41,948 nucleotides of DNA from Candidatus Kapaibacterium sp. (GTDB taxonomy: Bacteria > Bacteroidota > Ignavibacteria > Kapaibacteriales > UBA2268). The notes beneath the pieces were generated by a model that searched no databases, was not told the origin of the DNA, and worked only from the letters and a program-made list of their open reading frames with translations. The DNA lies in contig JAVBOP010000034.1 in NCBI GenBank assembly GCA_031550405.1, forward strand, positions 1 through 41,948, given 5' to 3'. The position numbers and the translations under genes are program-made. Shown here in pieces: positions 40,316 through 41,948 of this stretch (within the stretch, counting starts at the first letter, position 1; every line of letters starts with the position of its first letter).

Positions 40316-40720
40316 ATGATTACAGGACTTAATCACATCGGAATAGCTGTTACTGATTTGGAAGCAGCATTAGAAACGTTTAGAAAAATTTTCCAATTCG
40401 AATCTGTTCACAGAGAAACTGTGGAAGACCAAAAAATTGAAGTGGCCTCTTTCAGCGTTGGCGGGGTATTGATAGAGCTTACTTTCCCAACATCACCCGA
40501 GTCGCCAATCGCCAAATTCATAGAAAAAAACGGCGGCAAAGGCGGCTTGCACCATCTCGCTTTCGAATCGGATAACGTAAATTCTGAATTGCAGCGTTTG
40601 GAAGGCGAAGGCATACAATTAATTGATAAAACGGCGCGGTTGGGTGCGCATGACATGAAAATAGCATTTATGCACCCAAAATCCACAAATGGCGTACTAA
40701 CAGAGATTTGCCAACATTGA
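40316..40720 (+). CDS. mce: Methylmalonyl-CoA epimerase
   Basis: NHIGIAV, SPIAKFIEK, GGLHHLAF, FMHPKSTNGVLTEIC. Confidence 0.93.
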   Translation: MITGLNHIGIAVTDLEAALETFRKIFQFESVHRETVEDQKIEVASFSVGGVLIELTFPTSPESPIAKFIEKNGGKGGLHHLAFESDNVNSELQRLEGEGIQLIDKTARLGAHDMKIAFMHPKSTNGVLTEICQH

Positions 40721-40736
40721 GAATGTATTTGACAAT

Positions 40737-40767
40737 AAAAGCTCGCTATCGAAATAGTGGGCTTTTT
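40737..40767 (+). terminator. Intrinsic terminator after mce
   Basis: aaaagctcgctat-cgaa-atagtgggcttttt. Confidence 0.75.
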
Positions 40768-40774
40768 GCATATA

Positions 40775-40796
40775 TTTATTAATTTAAATTCATAAA
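40775..40796. repeat. Iterated palindrome site
   Basis: TTTATTAA TTTAAA TTCATAAA, just after a terminator. Confidence 0.85.
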
Positions 40797-40817
40797 TCCA
40801 TATCCTATAACTATCAC

Positions 40818-41636
40818 ATGCCTACAAAAGAGAAGTTAATAAATTATTTTATGTCGAATCAATTGCTATCGGGAAATATTATATATTTTAATGACATGCC
40901 TGCAAAAAAAAATCAGAAAAAAAAATCGCAGCTTGATAAACCTGTTTATAATATAGAGGTTGACGTTCCTTCTGCTCCGCTTCCAATTAATGAAATAACT
41001 TCAACATCTGTGCAGCCAATAGCTAACCTTAAACAAAATTCTGTAAATATACCGCTCAGGGATTTGGCGCACATAAGCTCGCTGGAGCAATTGCATGACA
41101 ATATTCTTGAATGCCAATGTTGCACGCTCGGCAGCACTCGCAACAAGCTGGTGTTTGGTTCTGGCAATCCAAATGCTGATATTATGGTGATCGGCGAAGC
41201 TCCCGGTGCAGATGAGGATGCGCAGGGTTTGCCGTTTGTGGGCAGAGCTGGGCAGCTTTTGACGGATATATTAAAATCTGTTAATTTTTCTCGTGAAGAG
41301 GTATATATTGCTAATATTTGCAAATGTCGTCCACCTGCCAATAGAAAGCCAACAACTGAAGAGATATATTTTTGTGAAAATTATCTTAAAAAACAAATTG
41401 AATTGATAAAGCCGCAATTCATTTTGGCTCTTGGACTTACGGCTGCCGATGCACTTTTTAAAAAAACGCATAAAATGGCGGAAGTGCGTGGAAAAAAATT
41501 TGACTACCACGGCATTCAAACTATTATAACCTATCATCCTGCGGCATTGCTCCGCAACCCTTCGTGGAAGCGCTCGGTCTGGGAAGACATCCAATATCTA
41601 AGAAGGTTATATGACAATCACTTGTCAACGGTGTAG
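40818..41636 (+). CDS. Uracil-DNA glycosylase family 4
   Basis: CQCCTL, GEAPGADED, PFVGRAG, KCRPPANR, TYHPAALLRNP; start codon uncertain. Confidence 0.92.
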   Translation: MPTKEKLINYFMSNQLLSGNIIYFNDMPAKKNQKKKSQLDKPVYNIEVDVPSAPLPINEITSTSVQPIANLKQNSVNIPLRDLAHISSLEQLHDNILECQCCTLGSTRNKLVFGSGNPNADIMVIGEAPGADEDAQGLPFVGRAGQLLTDILKSVNFSREEVYIANICKCRPPANRKPTTEEIYFCENYLKKQIELIKPQFILALGLTAADALFKKTHKMAEVRGKKFDYHGIQTIITYHPAALLRNPSWKRSVWEDIQYLRRLYDNHLSTV

Positions 41637-41706
41637 ATTATATTGTTTATATAGAAATGGATATATGTGTTTGATCATTATTGCCATCGCTTTTCATAAT
41701 TGCTAT

Positions 41707-41800
41707 TGTTTTCAAATTGCGGTTCAAAAGTATTAAAAAATCTGGTTTTCAAAGAGGCATTCAACGTTATAAATGCCGTTCCTGCGGTCAACTCCAATAA
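41707..41800 (+). pseudogene. Remnant of a transposase N-terminal zinc ribbon (IS1 InsA-like)
   Basis: CGS, then after a frameshift SIKKSGFQRGIQRYKCRSCGQLQ*. Confidence 0.55.
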
Positions 41801-41808
41801 TTACCTAA

Positions 41809-41948
41809 ATTCTTGCCAATTTTGGGAACGTTGATTTTGTGATAAATCGCGGCGACAGGATAGCGCAGCTGGTTATTGCAAGGTATGAGCAGGCAAAATG
41901 GGAAGAAACCAATGAACTTGACAACACCGAGCGTGGCTCCGGCGGCTT
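41809..41948 (+). pseudogene. dut: 5'-truncated dUTPase fragment, running off the window end
   Basis: [46 protein letters not shown] (motifs 4-5); in-frame TAA at 41806-41808; motifs 1-3 absent. Confidence 0.8.

Noticed and set aside
242-40796. Palindrome read as a CRISPR array, integron attC sites or a conventional ArgR/Rex regulon
   Set aside because: There is no regular repeat-spacer period and no cas gene. There is no RYYYAAC/GTTRRRY attC structure or integrase. Rex boxes have TTGTGAA arms and a 4-bp spacer. ARG boxes normally occur as tandem pairs at arginine promoters, whereas these are single and often far from promoters. An ArgR-like binder is not excluded.

Overview
AT-rich bacterial chromosome segment, most likely from the FCB group (Ignavibacteria/Kapabacteria-like). 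This is inferred from Bacteroidota-type TAnnTTTG promoters together with flagellar genes. It holds about 30 mostly housekeeping genes (megL-like, nfnA-like, valS, rlmD, fliC, ribBA, ffh, gcvT, polA, rpsU, cutA, ftsZ, crcB, fliH, fliG, cdaA, mce, family-4 UDG), a decayed IS630 with a 245-bp deletion derivative, REP-like repeats and a truncated dut. The most striking unexplained signal is a highly iterated 22-bp palindrome, WWTATGAA-(6 mostly A/T)-TT(C/A)ATAWW. I found 15 exact core matches and about 13 one-mismatch copies by eye, roughly one per 1.5 kb. They occur in promoters, after terminators, between convergent genes and inside ORFs. The same region shows strong operon break-up: fliG, fliH, fliC, ftsZ, nfnA, gcvT, ribBA and an ABC permease all lack their usual partners. 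No recombinase or candidate binding protein is encoded in the window, so the function (chromosome-wide binding site versus recombination site) is inference. valS also carries a 105-bp in-frame palindromic insertion.
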